A DNA stretch of 64,000 nucleotides from Candidatus Thorarchaeota archaeon (GTDB lineage: Archaea > Asgardarchaeota > Thorarchaeia > Thorarchaeales > Thorarchaeaceae). The stretch is from NCBI GenBank assembly GCA_038893995.1, contig JAWAQK010000001.1:43776-107775 (forward strand), read 5' to 3'. The position numbers were made by a program, and so were the translations under genes. Shown one piece after another: positions 1-9,701 of the stretch. The first letter of the stretch is position 1. Each line of letters begins with the position of its first letter. A model generated the notes under the pieces. It saw nothing but the letters and a program-made list of their open reading frames with translations, ran no database searches and was not told the DNA's origin.

Positions 1-244
1 TGAGTTCCTTCCAGAACTCATAGTGTGCCAACTCCTCATCGGACAGACGCTGGAGGACTTCCCTGTTCGCCGCATCCTTGGTCGAAGATGCCAGTCTACG
101 GTAGACGATGTGTTCAGTGAGTTCATTCTTCTGGTATTCAGCGATCAACGGTAGCAAGTCTCGGATCAGGGGCTCTGGCATCATGACACCGTTGACAAGA
201 ATTCGATTTATCTGTGACGATACCCCCTTCGCCACAGCATCCAT
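1..244 (-). CDS. Partial CDS running off the left edge of the window. It encodes a ferritin-like, rubrerythrin/VIT1-type helical segment.
   Basis: Minus-strand reading frame is open to position 1. It translates to ...MDAVAKGVSSQINRILVNGVMMPEPLIRDLLPLIAEYQKNELTEHIVYRRLASSTKDAANREVLQRLSDEELAHYEFWKEL. The E..HYxFW and YRRLA motifs resemble the ferritin-like domain of VIT1/CCC1 or rubrerythrin-like proteins. The six-frame track only lists the + strand ORF 108..368, which looks spurious. Confidence 0.3.
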   Translation of the reverse strand, partial: MDAVAKGVSSQINRILVNGVMMPEPLIRDLLPLIAEYQKNELTEHIVYRRLASSTKDAANREVLQRLSDEELAHYEFWKEL

Positions 245-458
245 CTCCCTGCCAAACACGACCTGGGAACATCTCTGCAGGATGCTGCTCTTCTTCAGTC
301 TAGGAGGTCAAGATCGCCGTCGCAAGGCCCTGCTCATTTACTGCCTGATGGTGAGATCAAAGCATTGACTTGAGGTACAGAGTAGTTGAGGGACCTAGAT
401 AGTGTCGGCAAGATGGTGACTGGAACGCCAGTGGCGACAGATTTAGGAGGGCTACACC

Positions 459-1514
459 TTGTTTGCCTCGACTGTGACAGGACTGACAACGTTGCTAGAC
501 AAGATGATCGCTCAGTCTAGGATGAGAGTCGCTCAAGACCGACAAGACGAGCTCGCGAAAGAACTCATGCGGAATGCCGCTCAGGGACAGTCGCCGCAAT
601 GGCTACTGATCTCGTCTATAGGACGGGCGGCTCAAGACCTGGACATGTGGAACGTGAAGAGAGGAGAGATGTTCTGTGCAACGCGTATCCCAGGAACGCC
701 AGTCCTCACTCCATCAGACGCTCTGGTCCTGTACGGCGGTCCAGTCGAGTACTTCCATCACTTCCCAGACCGAGTTGGAGCCGTGATGACGTTCGAGATG
801 GACGAGAGCAAGGCGATAGTGGACGAATCGGTCAGGAATATCACCAATGGCGGTCTGCATGACTGCAGCGTGGTGGCTCTTGAGGTCGACTATGAGTCCG
901 CGACAGTAGAACCAATTGCGTTCAATCTTCACGAGCCACGAGAGTTCCCGGGCAGGTTCGTCAGCTATGTCAAGACACCTTCACCTGTGGACGCGAGAGT
1001 CCTCGTAGTCATGTGCTCAGACTCACGCATCTGTCCTCCCGAGACCCCCGACGGGGTTCCCATGGTCATTCGCACTCTCGGAGGCTATCTCCCGCCATAT
1101 GCAGATGGAAGCAACGAGACAACCCTCCTCAATAGATACTTGAGAGTGTGGCTAACGGGCGGACCTGCAGACAAACACATCGTGATAGTTGCTCATGGCG
1201 ACTTTGGAGGGGGAGGTCAGCCATGTGGAGCGGCAAGGGCCGCACTCGATCCGTGCGGGGTGCATGGAGAGTGCCTCAGAGCAGTCATCCAGACCATTAG
1301 GAATGATACAATGAGATACGAGAGGACCGCCATCGTCGATCCGGAGTCCTCTGCAAGATCAATTGCTGAGACCACGAGAAGAAACATCATGTCCTACCCT
1401 GCCGTGGCCGAGTCTATCAGAGCAGGGACCGAGTCTGATGAACTTGTAGGAGTCCTTCTCATGGACACCGTGACAAACGAGCTGTTCCATGCGGATTTGT
1501 CAGACTTTGACTGA
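459..1514 (+). CDS. Protein with a degenerate beta-carbonic-anhydrase-like C-terminal domain.
   Basis: 351-aa ORF. Contains CSDSRI (matching the beta-CA signature C-[SA]-D-S-R-[LIVM]) and a downstream HGDFGGGGQPCG that aligns loosely with the second beta-CA motif (G-H-x2-C-G). The N-terminal 150 aa is unrelated to beta-CA. Confidence 0.4.
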   Translation: MFASTVTGLTTLLDKMIAQSRMRVAQDRQDELAKELMRNAAQGQSPQWLLISSIGRAAQDLDMWNVKRGEMFCATRIPGTPVLTPSDALVLYGGPVEYFHHFPDRVGAVMTFEMDESKAIVDESVRNITNGGLHDCSVVALEVDYESATVEPIAFNLHEPREFPGRFVSYVKTPSPVDARVLVVMCSDSRICPPETPDGVPMVIRTLGGYLPPYADGSNETTLLNRYLRVWLTGGPADKHIVIVAHGDFGGGGQPCGAARAALDPCGVHGECLRAVIQTIRNDTMRYERTAIVDPESSARSIAETTRRNIMSYPAVAESIRAGTESDELVGVLLMDTVTNELFHADLSDFD

Positions 1515-1634
1515 GTCAGTCCAGTCCGGAGAGATCTCATACCGTGGGGCCCAGAGAGACAGGGTCGATCAGCGGTGCCAAGACGCGCAATGTATTTCTG
1601 GTCACGCTGCTCTCTCAAGAGAGACTTACAATCG

Positions 1635-2054
1635 ATGGCCACACGGGTGGGGGCGCCAGTAGACATGAGCGTGAAGGAGCCGGAACATCGTTGCGACTGG
1701 TGTGGGGCAGAGGTTTCACAGTTTCGCTATAAGAACGGCAGGAAGGTCTACTGCTCAGGGAAATGCTGGTCAGCAGGAATGTACCCGCTTTTCTTGCCCC
1801 TCTTCGTCTTCCTTGTTTCGTTTGATGTGCTGATCATGTTGTTCCCAAGTCAGGTAGTGTACATGTTTCTACGATATCAAGGATACAACGGTCCGTTGCC
1901 AAGTGAGCTCAATCTGGCACTCTTCACTGTGATTGCGCAGATCTCATTACTCGTACTGATGACGCTGTGGACTGGGAACGAGGTATGGATAGGTCGGAAG
2001 GTCCGTCGTGAAGTTAGGCAACATACAGACAACTTGACGTCACATCAAATATAG
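1635..2054 (+). CDS. Small membrane protein with an N-terminal zinc-ribbon (CxxC...CxxxC).
   Basis: Within ORF 1575..2054. The motif HRCDWCGAEVSQFRYKNGRKVYCSGKCW is followed by three hydrophobic helices (LFLPLFVFLVSF, LALFTVIAQISLLVLMTLW). Start chosen at an internal Met after the upstream stop at 1514. The start is uncertain (1575, 1635 or 1665). Confidence 0.35.
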   Translation: MATRVGAPVDMSVKEPEHRCDWCGAEVSQFRYKNGRKVYCSGKCWSAGMYPLFLPLFVFLVSFDVLIMLFPSQVVYMFLRYQGYNGPLPSELNLALFTVIAQISLLVLMTLWTGNEVWIGRKVRREVRQHTDNLTSHQI

Positions 2055-2130
2055 CATCATTCAGAACTCCGCGATGCGAGGGACAGACATTCCAGCAGAT
2101 TGTATGATACGCCCGACCTCGCAGACCTTG

Positions 2131-3189
2131 TCAGGACCTGGGAAGCAAGCGCCGTTTAAGTTCAGACTTCACGAACTCCTCACGGACAGTGTTATCTGCA
2201 CCCATCACAAACCGACGCAGCTCTTCGACCATCGATGATAGACCGTCTGCTGCGCTGATATAGGTGCTCAGGACGGATGATCCATCACGGAGATGTGCTG
2301 CGATTGCGAGCGCTGCCATCTCGCCACTCTCTATGGCAGGACGGATGCCCTCACCCGAGAGGGGATTGCATAGCCCTGCAGCGTCTCCGACCAGTAGCAC
2401 ATTCTCGGTACCGTAGATTGTGGGACCGATGGGAATGGACCATCTCTCATTGTTGAGCCTCTCCCGGCAGATCAGCAGACCCTCTCTCTCCAGCCACTCT
2501 CTTAGCATACGGAGGGAGGCTGTGATGTTCATTCTGGATCCTGAGAGAACGCCGGTCCCAACGATGACCTTTCCATCTTTAGGAATGAGATACGAACAGG
2601 CAGGCGAGATGTGTCTGTCAAATAGGACATAGAAGTCGCTCTCATAGTTCCCATCGCCATGCCATGTTTCCTGACCGACAATCATCAGGTTGAACTGACA
2701 TTGTGGGAACAGAACACGTCTGACAGAGGACCGTGCCCCATCTGCCCCGACGACGAAACGTGTGCGAAACAAGCAGGGATGACCCTCCACTTCACAGGCG
2801 ACCAAGATGTCATCGGTCTGCTCAAGTGAGATGAATCTGGTCGAGAACATCACACTCACACCCTCGTCACGGGCCAGGTCGATCAACCACTTGTCGAATG
2901 CGTCACGGTCGATATTATGGACCTCGTACCCATGCATCCTTCCGCCATTTGTCAGACCACTGGGCGGAACATAGGTCAGACCAAGCTGTGGGGGGTACGC
3001 ACTTACCTCGGGAGGAATGTCTCGGCCCAAGATCTGTTCGATTATGTCAGGGGCTACCAGAGGAAGTACACCGCCGCAGGGCTTGTGTCTTCCCCGCTCC
3101 CCTTTCTCCATCAGGAGTACGTTGAAACCCTGCCGGGCGCAACACACAGCTGCTGATACACCGCCGGGCCCCCCACCCACTACTATCAC
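2131..3189 (-). CDS. FAD-dependent geranylgeranyl reductase (digeranylgeranylglycerophospholipid reductase family).
   Basis: N-terminal Rossmann motif MIVVGGGPGGVSAAVCCARQGFNVLLMEKG. Length 352 aa. C-terminal GDAAGLCNPLSGEGI is typical of the GGR family. Confidence 0.8.
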   Translation of the reverse strand: MIVVGGGPGGVSAAVCCARQGFNVLLMEKGERGRHKPCGGVLPLVAPDIIEQILGRDIPPEVSAYPPQLGLTYVPPSGLTNGGRMHGYEVHNIDRDAFDKWLIDLARDEGVSVMFSTRFISLEQTDDILVACEVEGHPCLFRTRFVVGADGARSSVRRVLFPQCQFNLMIVGQETWHGDGNYESDFYVLFDRHISPACSYLIPKDGKVIVGTGVLSGSRMNITASLRMLREWLEREGLLICRERLNNERWSIPIGPTIYGTENVLLVGDAAGLCNPLSGEGIRPAIESGEMAALAIAAHLRDGSSVLSTYISAADGLSSMVEELRRFVMGADNTVREEFVKSELKRRLLPRS

Positions 3190-3208
3190 ATCGTAGGTAG
3201 TCGACAGC

Positions 3209-4801
3209 TCAGCGTCCCCCCATTAGACCCATCGCAGCAAGCCTCAACAGTACTTGCTCAAGCAGCTCAGTCTTAAGGGTAGTCTGGCTCTCGAAGACAC
3301 CTATGTAGGCCTCTCGTTCCTTGCCAAGGTCATAACAGGTAGAATCATCAATGTCGATCAGTATGGCCGGGACTCCTGTGGCGACAAAGTCATCATGGTG
3401 TTTGCAGAAGAATCCCTCACAACAGGACCCCACAAACCCCCTTGCGCCCCTTGCCTTGAACTCGTCAATGGTCGCGATCAGATGCTCGAAGTTCTGAATG
3501 GTACGATAGGGCACCCCGATCTTCTCTATGGTTTCTATCACAGTGCCTACAGTGCAGCCTCCACAGACTGAGCAGCCCTCTTTGCGTCGGTACTCGCACT
3601 CGACCAGCTTGGCACAGTAGGGTAGCAGTACGTAGTCAAACCTCTGCCGACCCAGATGCTCGGGGGAGAAGTTGACGTACATGAGATGGTTGGTCTCATC
3701 GAGCGACAGCCCTAGTTGAGTGAATGCCTGCTTTCGAATGGCCTCAACTATGACGTCTGCCAACTCTTGTGGCTGAATGCCGACCATCACCGCGCCCGAC
3801 TCTGCAAAGAATGACTCGACCTCGTGGCGTATTGTAGACTCGTCAGTGGAGATGTTCTTTAGTCTCGCCTCGAGGTCCATCATGGCCCTCTGAGGAAACA
3901 CCTGAAAATCACCAGTCAGCAGGCTACTCACGATGAAACGACCTGCACTGTCTATAGAGAGAGAGGCTCTCACGAGCCCGCCGGGAGTCTTCCTGACCGC
4001 ATTTACGTGTCCAGTGGACTCTGGTCTTCGACGCTCTAAGAAGATCCACTCATCAGACTGGAAGAAGGGCAGGCTCCTCTCATATGTCCGGATCTCTTCT
4101 TCAAGCAGGCCACCAGGAACCAGTCTGATTCCAAGGACGCTCTCGAAGCCCTCTGCGACTGTACTCTTGATCTCAGCCAATGACGGAGTGTATCCAAGTT
4201 CTCGTGACAACCAAGTGACACGGTCTCTCACACTCTCGATCTCCTTGTCCTTCAACTTCTCCATGGGAATCCTCAGTGACTTGAGCATCAGCTCAAGGTC
4301 GAAATCTATTAGTAGAGTTCCCTGATACATGAAGGACCCGCCTCTCTCGGTCCCTCCGGTCCCCGATATCTTCCGCCCACCTACCTCGATGTCGTTCCTG
4401 GGCCTGAATTCTGCACTGACACCGAGTTTCTTGAGCGCAATTACGACTGCGGAGCAGAGGGTCCGCGCAAGCCAATCGAGGTCCCGGCCCATCTCTGCAA
4501 TGCCTGGTGTCCTCTTGTCAGCATAGATCTCCCAGCCAAGACACTTTGGAGTGAACAGTATTGCACCGCCACCAGTTATGCGTCGATTGATGTCGACGCC
4601 GGTCCTGCGGCAATAGTCGATCCGGATCTCTTGTTCGACAGACTGGTGATAGCCTACAAGGGCAACAGGGGGATTGAACTGTAGGAAGCGTAGTGTATTT
4701 GGAGATATGCCGAGACTATGACACTCCAAAAGAGTGTCGTCCATAGCCATGTTCTGTGCGCCGGTAAGCACACCTGTGTCAAGAAGCCTCCACTCCTTCA
4801 T
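3209..4801 (-). CDS. lplA: Lipoate-protein ligase A (catalytic plus C-terminal accessory domain) fused to a roughly 170-aa Cys-rich C-terminal domain.
   Basis: Sequence MKEWRLLDTG...AQNMAMDDTLL...TLRFLQFNPPVALVGYHQSVEQEIRIDYCRRTGVDINRRITGGGAILF matches LplA/LipB-fold ligases. The extra C-terminal region carries a CAKLVECEY...CSVCGGC...GSCCEGFFCKHHDD cysteine cluster. The start is placed at the internal Met (MKEW), giving an ATGA-type overlap with the stop of the upstream gene at 4803. The ORF track gives 4918 as the longest start. Confidence 0.75.
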   Translation of the reverse strand: MKEWRLLDTGVLTGAQNMAMDDTLLECHSLGISPNTLRFLQFNPPVALVGYHQSVEQEIRIDYCRRTGVDINRRITGGGAILFTPKCLGWEIYADKRTPGIAEMGRDLDWLARTLCSAVVIALKKLGVSAEFRPRNDIEVGGRKISGTGGTERGGSFMYQGTLLIDFDLELMLKSLRIPMEKLKDKEIESVRDRVTWLSRELGYTPSLAEIKSTVAEGFESVLGIRLVPGGLLEEEIRTYERSLPFFQSDEWIFLERRRPESTGHVNAVRKTPGGLVRASLSIDSAGRFIVSSLLTGDFQVFPQRAMMDLEARLKNISTDESTIRHEVESFFAESGAVMVGIQPQELADVIVEAIRKQAFTQLGLSLDETNHLMYVNFSPEHLGRQRFDYVLLPYCAKLVECEYRRKEGCSVCGGCTVGTVIETIEKIGVPYRTIQNFEHLIATIDEFKARGARGFVGSCCEGFFCKHHDDFVATGVPAILIDIDDSTCYDLGKEREAYIGVFESQTTLKTELLEQVLLRLAAMGLMGGR

Positions 4802-4802
4802 C

Positions 4803-5825
4803 TCACTGAGCCTCAACAACTGCTGTGAACAGCGAACAACACTCATCAGACAAGACCACGCGGAGACCTCTCTTTCTCGCATAGTCAAATGCCTCTGGTG
4901 TGGGATATGCGATGGCACTCACCCCCGCATCTATCGCCAGACGATCAGTGAGGACACGGTGTTCTCCCAGTGGTCTTGCACAGCCGAGGATGATAGCCCG
5001 TTCGGGCATCGCGAACCTAGATGCTAGCAAGACCCGTGCTATGTCAATGGGCTCCGGCGGACGCACACCGGTCATCGGAGTCTCATCGAGGGGCATGAAT
5101 GCTACCACGACTACGGACTTGGTCTTGTGCCTCGAGATCAGTCTGATTGCGTTGCCCTCGCCCCTGAGACGGCCAAAATAAAGACCGACAACAACGTGCG
5201 GTACGATCTCAACACCATTCTCCTCCAGTAGATCCATTGATCGGTCAAGGGACTCTGGGCCCATATCAAGGTGATATATGTCATGAAGGGTCTCACGGTC
5301 GCCGATTATGTCAATCATGGCACCATCAACCCCTGCATCAGCCAGTCCCCTGGCGACGTCGGGATACACAATTCCGGTGTGTACCACCAGGTGGAGACCG
5401 AGTTCCCTCTTCACTCTCTTCATGACCTGCGTGTATCGTGATATGGGAGTGTTGCCAAGCCGCGTAGATCCCCCGCTGACCAGTATTCCCTTGCCACCTC
5501 TCCTGACGACTTCCAAGCATATCTCCCACAGCTGCTCCGGCGTCCTGGCAGGGAGCATACTCTCAAGGAGCTTGCCCCTGCAGTGCTCACAGTTGAGAGA
5601 GCACTCCGTACCTGTGACCGAAACGCTCGGGAATCTGAAGATGTTCGTGCCCGAGTAGAAGTCAGTCTCATAGTGTCGCATGCCTGGCATGTGAAATGAT
5701 ATCACGTCGGAGAACCTCTCCCGTGTCAGGCTGTAGGCCCGACTGAACAGGTTCTCAAGGACCTCGACCGGAAGGTCCAGGCACTCCTCAACGGACGGAA
5801 ATGTCTCAGTCAAACTCCGGCTCAT
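4803..5825 (-). CDS. Radical SAM protein. It is a candidate LipS-type lipoyl synthase component.
   Basis: CSLNCEHC (Cx3Cx2C) near the N-terminus and a TIM-barrel-like G-rich region. 340 aa. Sits in the same operon as lplA and a second radical-SAM gene. The archaeal two-component lipoyl synthase LipS1/LipS2 is the known precedent. Confidence 0.55.
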   Translation of the reverse strand: MSRSLTETFPSVEECLDLPVEVLENLFSRAYSLTRERFSDVISFHMPGMRHYETDFYSGTNIFRFPSVSVTGTECSLNCEHCRGKLLESMLPARTPEQLWEICLEVVRRGGKGILVSGGSTRLGNTPISRYTQVMKRVKRELGLHLVVHTGIVYPDVARGLADAGVDGAMIDIIGDRETLHDIYHLDMGPESLDRSMDLLEENGVEIVPHVVVGLYFGRLRGEGNAIRLISRHKTKSVVVVAFMPLDETPMTGVRPPEPIDIARVLLASRFAMPERAIILGCARPLGEHRVLTDRLAIDAGVSAIAYPTPEAFDYARKRGLRVVLSDECCSLFTAVVEAQ

Positions 5826-7080
5826 CCATCCTATACTCTAGCGAATAGTCCCAGATCTGGGTCCGGATCGTATTCAGGTCGTCGTCTGTTGGCGGAAAGG
5901 GCAGGTTTCTCCAATGACCTATGGAGGCCTGGTAGGGTGTGCAGTTACCCATGGGCCGGTTGCATGCATACTTATGGTTCGGACTCGAGCAGCCAGACGT
6001 CATGAAGGCCTCGCCTCTCGAGATCGTCTGGTCCAGCACCTGTGACGGTACCCCGAAATCAATCAGTTGCCCCATTCTGTTGAACTTCATCTGATCGGCC
6101 CTCGCAATGCCCTCGTTGATCATGTAGCGGGCCAGCTGGACTCTCCGATACGCGCCGAGGGGTGGCTGATGGTGTGTTTCCATGATTGACCCCTCCTCAG
6201 GAAAGAAAGAGAATAGATGAGTGTCTGCACCCCTGTCATATGCGCTCTGTATTGTCTCTATCATCTGCTGCTCGGTCTCGCCTAGCCCAACTATGAGATG
6301 GACACCCACGTTGTGTCGTCCGAATATCTCTACGGCCTCGTCCAGTGTCTTCCAATATCGCTCCCACTTGTGTGGGCCGCGAACACCGCTTCCACGTAGC
6401 CTGTCAAACAGATCAGGCGTAGCGGCATCAATGGCCACCCCAATCTTGTCCGCACCGATTTCTCTGACCCTTGCCAGCCACGCACGATCGACTATCGTAG
6501 GCGTCACCAACACTGAGATGTGGTCCATCACTTCCCGCAGGCTAGACACGACCGTGAGTGCGTCCTGACGCGCCCTGCCGGTTGTGATCATTGAAACGCA
6601 GATTCTCTCCACGTGAGGACATTTCCTGTCGGCAATTGCAGCCTTCACATCGTCAACGGAGACAATCGGCCAATCGACTCGAATGAAGGTGTTATTGACC
6701 CAGTCCGTATTCGTGACTCGAGAACCTGAGAGGCCGCAATAGGCACAACGCGCATGACACCCCTCGTCATACGTGAGCAGCAGATTGATGCAGTAGAGCT
6801 TTGCATCCCTGTAGAATCGGCCGTTCGCCTTACCCATTGTCATATAGGCGGCTAGACTCGTGCGGACAAACTCCGGTGACTCGAGGATCCGATCTTCCTG
6901 ATTGACAACATCACGTACGGACATCTTGGGGGTCACCGACAACGTAGAGAGCCACCTTTGCGCTCTTATTACAGTTTCCATAGGAATATTGCAGGGGGCA
7001 TGAATGACTGCGCCTCTGCGATTGCACCAGGGTCCAGGCTGAGTGAGCACTACTCTTAAGTCTGCAGAGACAGACCGCAT
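5806..7080 (-). CDS. Radical SAM protein. It is a candidate LipS-type lipoyl synthase component.
   Basis: CHARCAYC (Cx3Cx2C). 424 aa. Overlaps the downstream radical-SAM gene by 20 nt and sits in the lplA operon. The start is uncertain (internal Mets at METVIRAQ and MSVRDVV). Confidence 0.55.
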   Translation of the reverse strand: MRSVSADLRVVLTQPGPWCNRRGAVIHAPCNIPMETVIRAQRWLSTLSVTPKMSVRDVVNQEDRILESPEFVRTSLAAYMTMGKANGRFYRDAKLYCINLLLTYDEGCHARCAYCGLSGSRVTNTDWVNNTFIRVDWPIVSVDDVKAAIADRKCPHVERICVSMITTGRARQDALTVVSSLREVMDHISVLVTPTIVDRAWLARVREIGADKIGVAIDAATPDLFDRLRGSGVRGPHKWERYWKTLDEAVEIFGRHNVGVHLIVGLGETEQQMIETIQSAYDRGADTHLFSFFPEEGSIMETHHQPPLGAYRRVQLARYMINEGIARADQMKFNRMGQLIDFGVPSQVLDQTISRGEAFMTSGCSSPNHKYACNRPMGNCTPYQASIGHWRNLPFPPTDDDLNTIRTQIWDYSLEYRMDEPEFD

Positions 7081-7149
7081 CTTGATCGAGACATCCGACC
7101 GCAGACAATTGCCAACCCGTATCGAGATGTCTTTCCCATCACTGGGCAG

Positions 7150-8073
7150 GTGATGAAGACTAGCATGGAGAGGATAGCGTTTAGGCGGAGTCAGTTGCTC
7201 ACCATTGTACTCATCTGCATTGCAGCTGTAGTGGGCACTTGGGCATACCTGACAGGGGCCGCTCTTCCCGATGATACGCCACCACTGACTCCATGGAGTG
7301 TGTTGATCCTGATAGCAGTTGGTACGATGGCAGGTATCCTCGGCGGACTGATTGGCACTGGGGGATGTAGTATAATGCTACCAATACTACACTTCTGGTT
7401 GGGCTACCCAGCACCGGTGGCCATTGGGACCACGCTATTTGCAGTCATCTTCACTGCAACTTCCGGCGGTCACGGCCATCTAATACGTGGAAACATTGAC
7501 AGGAGCGCTGCAATGTGGTTGGGTGGCTTTGGTCTGATTGGTATCCTGATAGGGTCGTGGCTGTTTACAATTCTTGCTTCACAAGTAGCATTACTGGGAC
7601 TCATCCTCGGCATGGCGTTCATCCTGCCAGCTCTGCGGATGATATGGGAGGGGTCAAGACCTGCGGAACAGCCCCAAAAGGTAGGAGAGATGATCCAAGG
7701 CTCAAGATACCGAATGGGAGTCTTTGGAATCATCATCGGTGTCCTGACGGGCATTGTAGGCCTTGGTGGCGGCTATGCACTTGTCCCCGGCCTGATCTAC
7801 CTCTTCGGTGCCCCTGTGTATCTCACAATGGGCACATCTCTGTTGACCATGATACCCCTTGCACTGGTCGGAGGGACCATCAAGCTTGCACAGGGGTTCG
7901 TGGCTCTTGTAGCCGCTGTGACAATGGGGGCCGGCTCCACTGTGGGTGCCAGGTTCGCTGCGTCTATAATCAGACGCTTCAAGCCAACTCAACTGAAACT
8001 GCTCTTTGGCATCTACTTTCTCTACGTGTCGCTGAAGTTCATCCTCGGCTACTTTGGAATCATGATATGGTAG
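7150..8073 (+). CDS. TauE/SafE (DUF81) family membrane exporter.
   Basis: 307 aa and polytopic. Gly-rich helices GGLIGTGGCSIMLPIL and GIIIGVLTGIVGLGGGYALVPGLIYLFG are typical of the sulfite-exporter TauE/SafE family. Confidence 0.6.
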   Translation: MMKTSMERIAFRRSQLLTIVLICIAAVVGTWAYLTGAALPDDTPPLTPWSVLILIAVGTMAGILGGLIGTGGCSIMLPILHFWLGYPAPVAIGTTLFAVIFTATSGGHGHLIRGNIDRSAAMWLGGFGLIGILIGSWLFTILASQVALLGLILGMAFILPALRMIWEGSRPAEQPQKVGEMIQGSRYRMGVFGIIIGVLTGIVGLGGGYALVPGLIYLFGAPVYLTMGTSLLTMIPLALVGGTIKLAQGFVALVAAVTMGAGSTVGARFAASIIRRFKPTQLKLLFGIYFLYVSLKFILGYFGIMIW

Positions 8074-8728
8074 AACACTTCACAGACAGAATGTACTGAC
8101 TTGATCTGACCAGAGAAGGAGAATGATGAATAGTGTATGGGCCCGGTGCGGACGCTCGCACCGGGTACTGAACTACTAGGTCGGTGACCCTAGTCTAGTA
8201 TCCCACTAGCAGGCAGACCAGCCTAGGCCGTGATGATCGTCGTACGAGATCACATCTCTTGCTCTGATGTCTCTCGGACGCCTGTGATTGACGCGGCGCT
8301 TGCGAGGGGTTGAATGATTGTGTCTACTCACTCTCTCACCTCCTGACTCCCTGCAAGGTCGGTCTGCCTAGATGGTAAGAAACAAGTATGCAGTCGACCA
8401 CTGGCAATCAGCCCACACTCGTCGGAAAAGTACGAGAGAAGCAGATAGTCCAACACTGACGACGACCTGACTGCCGTGACTCCGTTGGTATGATCCGGGT
8501 GAACCATCTTGGAGCAGTTACACCTGCACATAAGAACAACTGGTGAATGCGAATAAATCTTTGCACGACGTCCCTGGTCCTTCGTGGCGGCAAATAGGGG
8601 CATTCTATGAGCGTAATGTGTTTCGAAGGGCGGCCTGGCCGAAACTCAGAGAAGGGCCGGACGAAGAAGTTCCGTGAGACCCGCTATGACACAATGCATA
8701 AGTGCGAACATCATGAAGGAGGTCGCTG

Positions 8729-9676
8729 ATGGTGCCTCTATCACGGATATACAGAAAGGCAATGATCACTCTACTTGAACTGGGGGTCATACTCACACCC
8801 ACTGCGTTATGGTGGATCGTCATGGATGGACTTGGACTCCCAGTCATGTCGGTCTTCCTGGAACTTGCGCTTCCTATAGCCGGACTCGGACTTGTGTTCC
8901 TCATGCTCGGAGGCATCGAGGTCGTGATGAACATCCATCAACACAGTGTCGCTGTCCGGGGCATCAAGTCCGTCCTCAGCTCCGCCAATATCTCCGGCCA
9001 GTTTACCCCGGCAATGCAACCGGCATATCTCCTTGCGGACTCAATGGACAGAGAGGTGCTCGCAGCCATCAGGGAGATTGGCTCAGACATCCTCGACATA
9101 GAGGATCATCTGGCAAGTAGCGCAGTGCTCCCTGCCGGACAGGACACCTACCGTGTCCTCGCCAAGCTGCGAATGTTGGGGCTGATCATGATATCAGAGA
9201 AATGGGGGAAGGTGTTTCTGACTTCGGCAGGGATTGATGCACTGAATACGCCTGCAATCATGTACACGACGCGGATCCCCGATCAAGTCTGGAACTATGT
9301 GTTTAGCGAGAAGGTCCATCTGTGGAATCAAGAGTGGGGCGAAGTCGTGATCTCTGCTACGAGAGCACTTGAGGCTGCAATGAAGGAGAGGGTCAGGGTC
9401 AGTGTGAGCGCACGGCCTGAGCTGGAACAGGAGATAATGGAGATGGCTGCCGGCAAGCCGGTTGAGACCTGGAGCGCAGGCAATCTGCTTGGAGCCCTGC
9501 GTAAGATAGGCGTGGTGAGATCCAGTAGCCTTGAGGACGTGTTGGCTGGCGAGATCATAAAGACGAGGAATCTGGTTCACGACAAGGGAAGAGAGTACAC
9601 GTTCGGACCGGGAGATGCGGACCGCTGCGACACATGCCTGAGTATCCTGCTGAGGTCATGGTATGGTCCCCGGTGA
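8729..9676 (+). CDS. Hypothetical protein (two N-terminal TM helices plus a soluble helical domain).
   Basis: 315-aa ORF after a 650-bp non-coding gap. The hydrophobic N-terminus is LLELGVILTPTALWWIVMDG / LALPIAGLGLVFLMLGG. No recognisable catalytic motif. Confidence 0.4.
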   Translation: MVPLSRIYRKAMITLLELGVILTPTALWWIVMDGLGLPVMSVFLELALPIAGLGLVFLMLGGIEVVMNIHQHSVAVRGIKSVLSSANISGQFTPAMQPAYLLADSMDREVLAAIREIGSDILDIEDHLASSAVLPAGQDTYRVLAKLRMLGLIMISEKWGKVFLTSAGIDALNTPAIMYTTRIPDQVWNYVFSEKVHLWNQEWGEVVISATRALEAAMKERVRVSVSARPELEQEIMEMAAGKPVETWSAGNLLGALRKIGVVRSSSLEDVLAGEIIKTRNLVHDKGREYTFGPGDADRCDTCLSILLRSWYGPR

Positions 9677-9701
9677 TTAGTCCACCTGCCAGGACTTCCA
9701 C

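Noticed and set aside
108-368. 86-aa + strand ORF at the left edge.
   Set aside because: It overlaps, on the opposite strand, a better partial CDS (ferritin-like, open to the window edge). It has no motif and atypical composition.
7515-8099. 194-aa + strand ORF in an alternative frame of the TauE/SafE gene, and 7470..7754 and 7702..7992 on the minus strand.
   Set aside because: These are frame-shadow ORFs inside a well-supported membrane-protein gene. They are Cys/Arg/His-rich low-complexity translations typical of off-frame GC-rich DNA.
8142-8165. Hairpin downstream of the TauE/SafE gene as an intrinsic terminator.
   Set aside because: It is not followed by an oligo-T tract, and archaeal termination generally relies on T-stretches. 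It is kept only as a structural observation, not as a terminator feature.
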